DNA from: Octopus bimaculoides
Taxonomy: Eukaryota
DNA length: 64,000 nt
NCBI RefSeq assembly: GCF_001194135.2
Contig: NC_068990.1
Span: 29,657,055-29,721,054, forward strand
Direction: 5' to 3'
The position numbers were made by a program, and so were the translations under genes. Positions 54,001-64,000 of this stretch are shown here, one piece after another. The notes under the pieces are model-generated. The model was not told where the DNA came from and searched no databases. It saw only the letters and a list, made by a program, of their open reading frames with translations. Positions within the stretch are counted from its first letter, which is position 1. Every line of letters starts with the position of its first letter.

Positions 54001-56209
54001 TCATGGAATGATTAAGACACTCTAATCTTAAAACTTGTTCTGCTATGATCTTTTCTCTCATACGTTAATCCAGGGGTTTTCAACTGGGGTTCATATAAGA
54101 TTTTTTTGTCAAGATTTGTGTGAAACATCATTTATATTTTTTATAATAAACAAAATATCATTATGTTTTTATACAATTCCTAATAGTATTCAACTATAAA
54201 CATATAATAGGATTTTATTTAAACATTGAATGGGGTCCAGTGGAGTGAAATAGGAATCAAAGTGGTTCATGGGGTAAAAATGGTCGAGAACCACTGCTTT
54301 AAGCCTTCATCTCCAAGCATAAAAATCACCTCTCTCAGGGTTCATAGTTTTGTAAGTGACATGGTGACCTCACTAGTGCTGGTGCCATGGAAAGAAAGGC
54401 ATTCGATGCACTCTGTAAAGTGGTTGGTATTTGGAAGGGCATCCAACCATAGAAACTGTGCCTAAGCAGACACTGGAGACGATGCAGTCCTTGGATCCAT
54501 CAGTTTCTGTTGAACCATCCGACTCATGCCAGCATGGAACAACATGGACATTAAATGCTGAGCATGATGGTGATGATGATATCAGAAATCATCTGGGGCT
54601 AAACACCAAACCAACAACTCAACAAGAAGCAACACAAATTGTATCTATTTCTAGTGAAGGCCAAGTAGAGGCACAAGGTTTGGCTGTGTGGTTAAGAAGC
54701 TTTGTTTGCTAGCTGTGTGGTTTTGGGTTCAGTCCAACTGCAAAGCATCTACTTTAGCCACAGACCAATCAAAGCCTTGCAAGTAGATATTGTAGATGGA
54801 AACTGAAAGAAGCCCATCATAAATGTCAATTTGTTTGAATAAACCCTTGAAGGAGATGCCCCAGCATGGCCACAACCCAATGACTGAAACAAGTAAAAGC
54901 TACTCACCCGTTAAATCATAGTATTGGTTGATATTTTTCCGAGTAAAATAAATGATGCAGGGTATTTTCCAGTCCATGTCAAAATGCAAAGCTTCTGACT
55001 GAAAACAAATTTCAAAATTAAAAGGAAAATCTTAATAAAAGAGACTTTCTAAAAATTAGAGGAACAACAACAGTTCTAGGGGCTTCAAGAAACCAAAAAC
55101 TTGAGAGAAAATTCTGACAACCTTACTAAATACAGTTCTACATTTCAGAGATGAGGAATTATTTACATTATTTACATTTGACAAATATCCGTCAAATGTA
55201 AATAACGTAAATAATGAACCTTACTAAATATTTACAATATTTCCCCATAGATATATTTGTGTGTGTGTGTCTGTCCCCGTCCATTTTCAATCAGTCCAAT
55301 GCATATTCGGAAGATTCTGCCACACGTCAGGCATTGGTCGTCTGCTGGGACTGAAGACAAAGTGTTTGCTCTGGACTTGTGTAGTTCCTGTATTTTTTCT
55401 TGTTTCTTTGCAATCCTGTTTTGTTTGTAGAAGGTGGCACCTCTGTTGGTGGAGCTTTGCCAGGCGGGGCAGTCTTGTGCCATTGTTTCCCCAGGTGTTC
55501 ACATTGATCTCAAAGCTCGTCAGTGAGGTTTTGAGTGGGTCTTTGAAGTACTTTTTCTGTCCACTTTGTGTGTTCTTTGCCTTCTATCAGTTCAGTGTAA
55601 AACAGTTTCTCAACGAGTCACATGTCAGGCATTTAAACAAAGTGGCCTGCCCCACCTGACTTGTGCTCTCTTCAGCAGTGTGTAATATGGTTGGCAGATC
55701 AGCTCAAGAGAGGACCTCTGTGCCTGGGACCTTGTCTCACCTAGTAACTTTCAACAAGTTTTGCAGGCAGTTCATATGGAAGCAGCTTAGTTTTTTGGCA
55801 TGTGTATGTATGTATATATATACATATATATATATCATACATGCACACAAATATATTTATAAAAACACAATGTTTAACTATTACATGCATTTCAGGTGAA
55901 TTCATAACAAAAAAATCTGTTCTGCTTTGGCCCTTTCCTATCGTACTTTACTCTTCTCTACTCCTCATTTCCTCCCCACTCAGGGGTTTGAAGTCCTACA
56001 AGCTAAATGGTGACCTTATTAATGCTGGTAGCACAACAACAACAACAACAACAAGAAAACACCCAGCACATACCATAAAGTGTTTGGTGTTAGAAAGGTC
56101 ATCCAGCTGTAAAAAACAAAGACATGTCAAAGCAGGCAGTGGAGCACAATGCAGTCTGTCAGACCATCCAACCCATGCCAGCATGGAACTGGGACGTTAA
56201 ATGATGGTG

Positions 56210-56259
<50 letters not shown>

Positions 56260-59200
56260 GGGGGAAACGGTGAGAGGGTTTTGTTATCTGGGCAATAGGG
56301 TGGATGTGAAGCAGCTGTGACAGCAAGAACGAGAATTATCTGGGTGAAGTTCAGGGAATGTGGAGCGTTGTTATGTGGGAAAAGGTTCTCATTGAAGATG
56401 AAAAGAAGGGTCTATAGGAGTTGCTTGAGGGCTGCAATGCTGTATGGGAGTGAGACATGGTGTCTGAGGGAGAGAGAGAAACAGATGGTAATTTTGAGAA
56501 GGACCGAGAGAGAGCAATGGAAAGAGAAATGTGTGGGGTGAAGCTGCTTTTCAACTTTTATATTTAACTTGTTTCACTGTGGCCATGCTGGGGCACCACC
56601 TGCAAGACGTTTCAGTTGAATGAATCAACACCATCACTTCATTTATTTTCTTTTAAAGCCTAATACTTATTCTATCAGTTTCTTTTGCTGAACTGCTAAG
56701 CTATGGGGACACAAATATATCAACACCAGATGTCAAGCAGTGGCTGGGGACAAAGACACACACACACATATATCATCATCATCATCGTCATCCAATATTA
56801 CGATAGGCTTCTTTCAGTTTCCGTCTACCAAATCCATTCATAAGGCTTTTGGTCTACTTGAGGCTATAGTAGAAAACATTTGCTCAAGGCGCCATGTAGT
56901 GGGACTGGCCAGACTTTTTTAGTGGGCAGTGACCCCACAGCCAAAATTTTGTTTAATGAGTTTACCACCAGAATTTTACCAGAGGGTTTAGAATCCCCCA
57001 TCATCAGACTTGTATTTTGGTCAAGAGGGTTCCATGGTATCTGTGAGGTGTTTATCTTGTTTAGGTCGTGCATATGTCATAATAACAATAAAAAAGAAAC
57101 AACAAAGTTACAATAAAAGAGAAAAATAAGAAGAAGAACCGAACTCACTATTTCGATTGGTGTGATGGAGAAATCGTTGAAGAGGTACCATTGGGTACAA
57201 GTGACTTTTTCTTTCCGTTGGTGGTACTTCTTGCCGACTTTGATACAGCTGACTAAATTACCTGAGGTTTTACCATCTTTGATGTGCGACACTGTGGCAT
57301 AGATTTCATAATCTTTTGTGAACTCTTCTGGTGTTGCTGTCTTTGCCTGAAATTAACAGGGAAACAGTGAAAGAAAGAAAGAAAGAGAGAGAGAAAGAAA
57401 GAAAGAAAGAAAGGAAGGAAATTGATACAGATACTACAACAGGAATGGTAGATGGAAGTGCTATAGTTTGTTAGTGGGAGGAGTAAGATAAGCAGAGATG
57501 GTGGTGGTGGTGGTGGGGGCACACTGAAGGTAAGTGGTCAAGCAAGGAAGCCAGCCTGCATATGTGAAATTTCTTCAGTGATTGTACCTCCAAGTCATTC
57601 ATCCTAATTATCTTTTAATGGCTTTCATTTATCATTTTAGCACTTTGCTGTTGTAAATAAATGTTGTGAATATTTGTGTATATGCGAAGGGGTCATGGCT
57701 CAGTGGTTAGGGGTGTAAGGTCTTGAGTTTAATTCCTGGTGGTGTGTTGTGTCCTTGAGCAAGACACTTTATTTCACATTGCTCCAGTCCACTCAGCTGG
57801 CAAAAATGAGCCTTGTCACATTCTGTGTCACACTGAATCTCCCTAAGAACTACATTAGGGGGTACGCATGTCTGTGGTATATTCATCCCCTTATGTGTTA
57901 ATTTCACGAGCAGTCCATTCTGTTGATCAGATCAACTGGAATTCCTTCCAACGGAGTGCCCAGCCTGCAATGCCAGCTGAATGGACTGGGGCAATGTGAA
58001 ATAAAGTGTCTTGCTCAAGGACACAACACATTGCCAGGAATCAAACTCATGACCTTACACCCCTAACCACTGAGCCATGGCCCCTTCGCATATATACAAA
58101 TATTCACACTTGAAATAACAGAAGTTGTTGTGTGAGACATTAAGATAGTTCTTGATTATGACTTAGTGGTAGGGCAGTTGGAAATTGATTGAAACATAGC
58201 AGCAGAGAGTGAAAATTATTTCGTTGTATTTTGGGAGGGTCATTATGCCAAAAACACACACACTGGTCCTATTTCATGTCTTTTACTTTTTATTTGCCGA
58301 GACGTTAAGTAGTTAACCAATTAACTAACTGACTGCTTCATTAATCGATTCAGTTAATCACACCATCAGGTTTGTCAAAGTTTTTTTGGTGCCATTTGTA
58401 CTGTCAACAATGACATGTCTTCTCTGCTTTGAATTTAATAAAAATAGGTTTTAAGAAATGTCTAGGATTAAAAAGAAGGAAAAACATTTCCTTGTTTTGT
58501 CTTCCCAAGGGTATTTGAACTCATCATCATCATCATCGTCGTTTAACGTCCGCTTTCCATACTAGCATGGGTTGGACAATTTGACTGAGGACTGGTGAAC
58601 CAGATGGCTACACCAGGCTCCAATCTGATTTGGCAGAGTTTCTACTGCTGGATGCCCTTCCTAATGCCAACCACTCCAAGAGTGTAGTGGGTTAACATCA
58701 AGATCAACTCTGATTAAGTACACAACTGAAGGACAATGTCATCCTTGATATACTATGACTGAGAAAACAAACAGATAAGTTGGTCATGGCTGGACAGCTG
58801 ATGAATTTAATTGATATGTTAGATTAGGCAAATCCTGTTTCTACAGTGAATTTGAGGACAGTCTTCAAATACACCACAATAAACTAGACCAAAAGTGACA
58901 TGTTCTGATAGCTCTAGAGTTTATATAACAGGACATGGACAGATGAATATAAGATGTGAGATATGGACCCAGATAAGATTATGATATCGTTTATCCAGAC
59001 TGAAAAACATTTGATTAGGGATTTGCAACAGAATGATCACTGGTGAGGCACTAGTGAAGTTAGGCAGCTAGAAACAGTGTCTTTAGGTAGATAAGGTTTT
59101 GCCATTTTCTCTTAGTTCCCAAAATGGTTTGGACCAATGTACAATGTGCATTTGATGTTGGAACATTTATCAAAAATGGTAGATCTGAGAAATTCTTTTA

Positions 59201-60633
59201 CTGCACCCAGTATCTCTGCTAAAACAACACGAACAAAAGTTATTCACCAGCAGGAACAACACAGGAAGTGAATCACAAAATAATTAACATAATTTAATTA
59301 GAGAAAACCCACCGCAAATCCCTGCCCCACAACCTCACTTACCTCTTCTGTTAATCTATTCACTGAAAATACGTTGTTTGAGAGAGAAAGCCGTAAACCT
59401 GTTGGGACATAGCTGGACTGAGTATTTTCTTCGTTAAGTGAATCACCACCATCACTTGATTGATCATAACTCCTGAAGAAGACAAAGACGAATACAAGTT
59501 TAAAAGAAAAGATTTCTTACAGGGAAGAAAATATCATCCACACCCCCAACCACATTTGTTTCTTCATATTATCTTTTATTCGTTTCAGTCACTTAGACTA
59601 TGGCCATGCTGGGGTACCACCTTCAATCACATGTATCCCAGTGCCTATTTTTTTTTAAAGCCTGATACTTATTCCATCAGTTTCTTGAGCTGAATCGCTA
59701 AGTCATGGTGACGTAAATACACCAAACCCTATACCAGTACCCCAGGCATTTTACAAAACAATTGAAACAAAATAAGTGTGCTTCTCCCTATCCCCNNNNN
59801 NNNNNNNNNNNNNNNNNNNNNNNNNNNNNNNNNNNNNNNNNNNNNNNNNNNNNNNNNNNNNNNNNNNNNNNNNNNNNNNNNNNNNNNNNNNNNNNNNNNN
59901 NNNNNNNNNNNNNNNNNNNNNNNNNNNNNNNNNNNNNNNNNNNNNNNNNNNNNNNNNNNNNNNNNNNNNNNNNNNNNNNNNNNNNNNNNNNNNNNNNNNN
60001 NNNNNNNNNNNNNNNNNNNNNNNNNNNNNNNNNNNNNNNNNNNNNNNNNNNNNNNNNNNNNNNNNNNNNNNNNNNNNNNNNNNNNNNNNNNNNNNNNNNN
60101 NNNNNNNNNNNNNNNNNNNNNNNNNNNNNNNNNNNNNNNNNNNNNNNNNNNNNNNNNNNNNNNNNNNNNNNNNNNNNNNNNNNNNNNNNNNNNNNNNNNN
60201 NNNNNNNNNNNNNNNNNNNNNNNNNNNNNNNNNNNNNNNNNNNNNNNNNNNNNNNNNNNNNNNNNNNNNNNNNNNNNNNNNNNNNNNNNNNNNNNNNNNN
60301 NNNNNNNNNNNNNNNNNNNNNNNNNNNNNNNNNNNNNNNNNNNNNNNNNNNNNNNNNNNNNNNNNNNNNNNNNNNNNNNNNNNNNNNNNNNNNNNNNNNN
60401 NNNNNNNNNNNNNNNNNNNNNNNNNNNNNNNNNNNNNNNNNNNNNNNNNNNNNNNNNNNNNNNNNNNNNNNNNNNNNNNNNNNNNNNNAAAAAAAAAAAA
60501 AAAAAAAATATAAAATTCACCAGTCGTAGTGAAGATAATTTGTCAAGGAGAAGGAAATCTCTGAAATAAAAAAACTGTTCAGCAAGGACTTGTAACCAGC
60601 TGATACTATTTTGTACAGAAAAAAATTGACTGA

Positions 60634-60669
<36 letters not shown>

Positions 60670-63566
60670 GTTAAACGTCCGCTTTCCATGCTAGCATGGG
60701 TTGGACGACTTGACCGAGGACTGGTGAAACCGGATGGCAACACCAGGCTCCAATCTAAATTTGGCAGAGTTTCTACAGCTGGATGCCCTTCCTAATGCCA
60801 ACCACTCATACATACAAATATATATATATCATCATCGTCGTCCTGAAGGCTGTACCAGGCTCCAATCTGATCTGGCAAGGTTACTACAGCTGGATGCCCT
60901 TCCTAATGCCAACCACTCTGAGAGTGCAGTGGATGCTTTTTATGTGCCACCAGGTGGTACTGGCATTGACCACGCTTGAATGGTGCTTTTTACATGCCAC
61001 CAGCACGGGAGCCAATCAGGCGGCACTAGCATCAACCATGGTCGTGTATACATATTATATATATACATGCACTCACTCATGCATATATATATATATATAT
61101 ATATATGATGATACATATATATAATTATGATGAGCTTCTTTCAGATTCCATCTACCAAATCTACTTTGAAGGCTTTGGTTGGCCTGTGAGAATAATAGAA
61201 GACTCTCGTCCAAGATGCCATGCAGTGAGACTGGATCTGGAACCATGTGGTAGAAGTGGTCTTCTCAACCACATAGCTATGTCTGCACACATGAGTGTGT
61301 GTGTGTGTGTGTGTGTGCATGCACAAATCAAAGACCTCTGCAGGTTAAGTCCAGCCATGTATCCATACCTGGAATGCCCCTCACCAGGGTGCATGGCCAT
61401 GAAGAAGCCCTTTCCTTCTCAATGGTACTGATATTAGAAGTACCATTGAGAGGACCAAAGGCAATATGGCTCTAGCAATTCTGTGAACCAACTCTGCCCC
61501 AGAGTGGAACTTCATTTTAGTGATTGATCCCAGAAGGACGAAAGGAAAACCTGAATATTGTCACCACCACCATTATCATCATCTAAACTCTGTTTTCTAT
61601 GCTGGCATATGTCGAACAGTTTGACAGGAGATGGCAAGGCTGGAGGGCTGCCCCAGGCCGCAATTGTTTGTTTCAGCATGGTTTCCATGGTTGGATGCTT
61701 TTCCTCATGCCAACCACTCGACAGTGTGTGGTGGGTGCTTTTGATGTGCCACCAGCACAAGTAGTTTTATGTGGCACCAGTGCCAATGCCTTTTACATGG
61801 CACCAGCATGGGTTTTTTTTATGTGGAACCAGCACAGGTAACTTTACACGGNNNNNNNNNNNNNNNNNNNNNNNNNNNNNNNNNNNNNNNNNNNNNNNNN
61901 NNNNNNNNNNNNNNNNNNNNNNNNNNNNNNNNNNNNNNNNNNNNNNNNNNNNNNNNNNNNNNNNNNNNNNNNNNNNNNNNNNNNNNNNNNNNNNNNNNNN
62001 NNNNNNNNNNNNNNNNNNNNNNNNNNNNNNNNNNNNNNNNNNNNNNNNNNNNNNNNNNNNNNNNNNNNNNNNNNNNNNNNNNNNNNNNNNNNNNNNNNNN
62101 NNNNNNNNNNNNNNNNNNNNNNNNNNNNNNNNNNNNNNNNNNNNNNNNNNNNNNNNNNNNNNNNNNNNNNNNNNNNNNNNNNNNNNNNNNNNNNNNNNNN
62201 NNNNNNNNNNNNNNNNNNNNNNNNNNNNGTGTTCAACTGGGCAACAATAAGCTGTACTCGTATTTGAAAGGGGCCAGCCTTGTCTCACTCTGTGTCATGT
62301 TGAATCTACTCGAGAACTACGTTAAGGGTAAGCGTGTCTGTGGGGTGCGCAGCCACTTGCAGGTTAGGGTGGCGAGCTGGTAGAAACATTAGCAAGCTGG
62401 GTGAAATGCTTAGCGGTATTTCGTCTGTCTTTACGTTTTGAGTTCAAACTCTGCCGAGGTCGACTTTGCCTTTTATCCTTTCGGGGTCAATTAAATAAGC
62501 ACCAGTTACGCACTGGGGTTGATGTAATCGACTTAATCCCTTTGTCTGTCCCCTCTATGTTTACCCTCCTGTGGGTAATAAAGAAATAAAATTTCACGAG
62601 CAGGCTGTTCCATTGATTGGATCAACTGGAACACTTGTCATCATAACCAATGGAGTGCCACTTTTTTTCCTTCTTTGTGTATGTGTGTACACGTTTGTGT
62701 ATGTGCATGCATGTGTGTGCACGGACTACTCACATGGGTTTGATAACGACTGCAAACACTGCACCAAGCTTGCATCACCTGCTCTGATGTTAAACTGTGC
62801 AACAAGATGTTAGAGAATGAAATGACTTGAGGAGGTTCATCTGTAAAAAAAAACAAAACGAAAATCAGTGGTTTGTGGGAGGGTGGGGTCTTTTTTATCT
62901 TTTGTTTCAGTCATTAGACTGTGGCCATACTGGGGCACCACCTTGACATGTTATTAGTTGAACAAATTGACCCTAGTACATTTATTTCTTTTAAAACCTG
63001 GTACTTAGTCGCTTGGTCTCTTTTGCCAAATTGCTAATGTTACAGGGACATAAACAAGTACTTTAATTAGGTCTGTTTATTCAGATTGTTTTGAATTAAT
63101 CCTGCATTATCTCATGGCTTTGAGATTTTGATGATGTGATTGTTTATTTTTCAGAATGACATTGTAGGGTAGGTGTGAGAGATCAGATCTGCCCTGTTTG
63201 AATATAGAACATGTATGACGTTTAGGCTTAATATGGGTGGTTTAAATGCTAAAAGATTAAGTTATGAAAGGGGCCACACAGAAGAAACAGAAAATAGCAG
63301 AAGTGAGATGGAAAAGGACAACAGGAAACAAAAAAAACAAAAAAAAAACAAAGGATAGCAGAAAAGGAAGCAAAATAAGATTTGTAGATGAGAGAAGATT
63401 AAAGAAATATGACTGACCTGTGTTTGATGATGGATATGATAAGTTGGTGAGGGTAGGATAAGAGGTTCTGTGAGTCTCATGGCCACAACGACATCGTAGA
63501 AGTGTTTCAATCTCAATTCCAAACAACTGACTTACTATAGAAACTTCTGGCTCAGATTTGGGTGGA
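47814..63566 (-). CDS. PAN2: PAN2 poly(A)-specific ribonuclease subunit, 3' part (5' exons outside window; at least one exon probably in an N-gap): exons 63566-63418, 62840-62734, [missing], 60560-60521(?), 59472-59343, 57346-57149, 54998-54908, 53522-53368, 51485-51400, 50000-49763, 48863-48770, 48025-47814
   Basis: Spliced translation gives UCH-like motifs ([32 protein letters not shown]) and DEDD nuclease motifs ([30 protein letters not shown]) matching recalled PAN2. Confidence 0.96.
48770..48863 (-). CDS. PAN2: PAN2 exon ([31 protein letters not shown])
   Basis: tttgtgtag / gttagt; 94 nt. Confidence 0.94.
49763..50000 (-). CDS. PAN2: PAN2 exon ([30 protein letters not shown]…[15 protein letters not shown])
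   Basis: caatccag / gtaaat; 238 nt. Confidence 0.96.
50235..51106 (-). mobile_element. Mariner (Tc1/mariner) transposon, 5' TIR plus N-terminal two-thirds of transposase, pseudogenised
   Basis: HTH region, [25 protein letters not shown] motifs with frameshifts; TIR TTAGGTTATCTGGAAAGTTCTGAGCGTTTT at 51106. Confidence 0.92.
51388..52125. repeat. Exact 364-bp tandem duplication across a 10-N gap (offset 374), including a PAN2 exon
   Basis: Identical ORFs 51480..51713 and 51854..52087. Confidence 0.9.
51400..51485 (-). CDS. PAN2: PAN2 exon ([29 protein letters not shown]); identical copy at 51774-51859
   Basis: ttctgacag / gtgagt; 86 nt. Confidence 0.93.
52125..52529 (+). mobile_element. Composite non-autonomous element: TSD, inverted arm (52157-52262), tRNA-like head (52282-52350), (AAC)n, direct arm (52377-52482), 3' terminus, TSD
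   Basis: 106-bp inverted arms; A-box TGGCGTAGTAG at 52288, B-box GAGTTTGATTCC at 52331; 13-14-bp direct repeats (g)tattgagagagaa at 52125 and 52516. Confidence 0.8.
52409..52454 (+). ncRNA. Hammerhead-like motif in the right arm of the composite element; mirror copy on minus strand at about 52185-52230
   Basis: gacac-CTGATGA-a-ggctgg(agggtata)ttagcc-GAA-ACAT-T-gtgtt; helix III ACAT is one CpG transition from palindromic ACGT. Confidence 0.55.
52525..52970 (+). mobile_element. RTE LINE 3' fragment
   Basis: [31 protein letters not shown]…RKTWDEV followed by the shared tail. Confidence 0.8.
53368..53522 (-). CDS. PAN2: PAN2 exon with Exo I motif (…[28 protein letters not shown])
   Basis: ttttccag / gtaagg; 155 nt. 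Confidence 0.96.
54908..54998 (-). CDS. PAN2: PAN2 exon ([30 protein letters not shown])
   Basis: gttttcag / gtgagt; 91 nt. Confidence 0.95.
55119..55230 (-). mobile_element. 84-bp collapsed palindromic derivative of the same family with 14-bp TSD (aaccttactaaata)
   Basis: Shares terminus cagttcta.attt.agagatgaggaattat and the atttacatttgac hairpin with the 52.1-52.5 kb element. Confidence 0.75.
55270..55800 (-). mobile_element. RTE-BovB-like LINE 3' fragment with terminal CxxC knuckle
   Basis: [14 protein letters not shown]…AQDCPAWQS…[14 protein letters not shown]. Confidence 0.75.
56262..56548 (+). mobile_element. RTE-clade RT thumb fragment
   Basis: FCYLG…[11 protein letters not shown]…KRRVYRSC…MLYGSETW. 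Confidence 0.85.
57149..57346 (-). CDS. PAN2: PAN2 exon ([66 protein letters not shown])
   Basis: aatttcag / gtgagt; 198 nt. Confidence 0.96.
57666..58107. repeat. 137-bp inverted repeat (57666-57802 / 57971-58107), a fold-back of a SINE 5' end plus its flank
   Basis: Arms are reverse complements with few mismatches and share the same flank and internal deletion. Confidence 0.9.
59343..59472 (-). CDS. PAN2: PAN2 exon ([43 protein letters not shown])
   Basis: cttcttcag / gtaagt; 130 nt; YVPTGLRL corresponds to vertebrate WLPFSIRM. Confidence 0.85.
60521..60560 (-). CDS. PAN2: Probable 40-nt PAN2 exon ([14 protein letters not shown])
   Basis: tttttttatttcag acceptor, gtgaat donor; phase-2 end fits exon 59472; weak similarity to vertebrate EFALADW. 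Confidence 0.5.
62734..62840 (-). CDS. PAN2: PAN2 exon ([36 protein letters not shown])
   Basis: ttttacag / gtgagt; 107 nt. Confidence 0.92.
63418..63566 (-). CDS. PAN2: PAN2 exon ([49 protein letters not shown])
   Basis: ttacttag / gtcagt; 149 nt. Confidence 0.92.
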
Positions 63567-64000
63567 CTAAGTAAAAAAGAACAATAAATATCAACATCAT
63601 TTCATCATCATCATCATCATTATTATATTAATGTGAACTTTTCCATAGATGCATTGAGGTTGACTTTCTACAACTGGATGCCCTTCCTGCCAGCCCTCAA
63701 ACTGCCCAAACAGCATGGAAAGCAGACGTTAAATGACAATAATGATGATGAATCTTCCTTGAAAACATGTCTCACTATTGATCTGTTTGTTATTGAAAAG
63801 ATAAGGGGAAATATTCCATTGTTTGGAAACAGGTGACACTTGCGGATAGGAAGAACATCTGACATAAATCAGCCTCATTAAGTTTCTGTCAGATCCATAA
63901 CAGCAGAGAAAAATGATGATGATGGTATATATTTTGCAGCGTCCTTCCTTCAAATGCGACTGCCCCCCATAAAATATTGGTCACTTCAAGATGTCATACA

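Noticed and set aside
56912-57075. CTGATGA on the minus strand (also plus-strand hits near 4018, 13715, 21863, 23341, 36551)
   Set aside because: No downstream helix II-GAAAC-helix III or closing helix I, so not called hammerheads.
61368-61427. Possible PAN2 exon with AG/GT ends
   Set aside because: No frame resembles the missing LPDVL segment and phases do not fit cleanly.

Overview
Eukaryotic, AT-rich, repeat-dense scaffold segment with eight N-gaps. The SINE/LINE families and microsatellite load point to a coleoid cephalopod, most likely Octopus (recognised from memory, not searched). Two convergent intron-rich genes were traced exon by exon with GT-AG boundaries and continuous phase. DCAF6 (WD40/IQ CRL4 substrate receptor, + strand) has 15 exons from 16152 to the stop at 43600, including a 1857-nt Ser/Thr-rich exon; its first coding exon is unresolved. 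The 3' part of PAN2 (pseudo-UCH domain plus intact DEDD deadenylase, - strand) runs from 63566 to the stop at 47814. A CpG-rich zone at about 2.7-4.6 kb holds a candidate signal-peptide first exon of an unidentified divergent gene. Introns contain at least three tRNA-derived SINE families, RTE-type LINE tails, Penelope remnants, two mariner fragments, an R4/Dong-like fragment, HINE/Helitron-like elements and hAT MITEs. The most notable unexplained signal is a set of sequence-unrelated minimal hammerhead ribozyme motifs (2608, 25950, 26735, 45157, 46430, 52409). One of them lies in a TSD-flanked composite element: a tRNA-like Pol III head between two 106-bp inverted hammerhead-bearing arms, which may be a Penelope-mobilised SINE. 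No rRNA, bona fide tRNA or CRISPR array was found.
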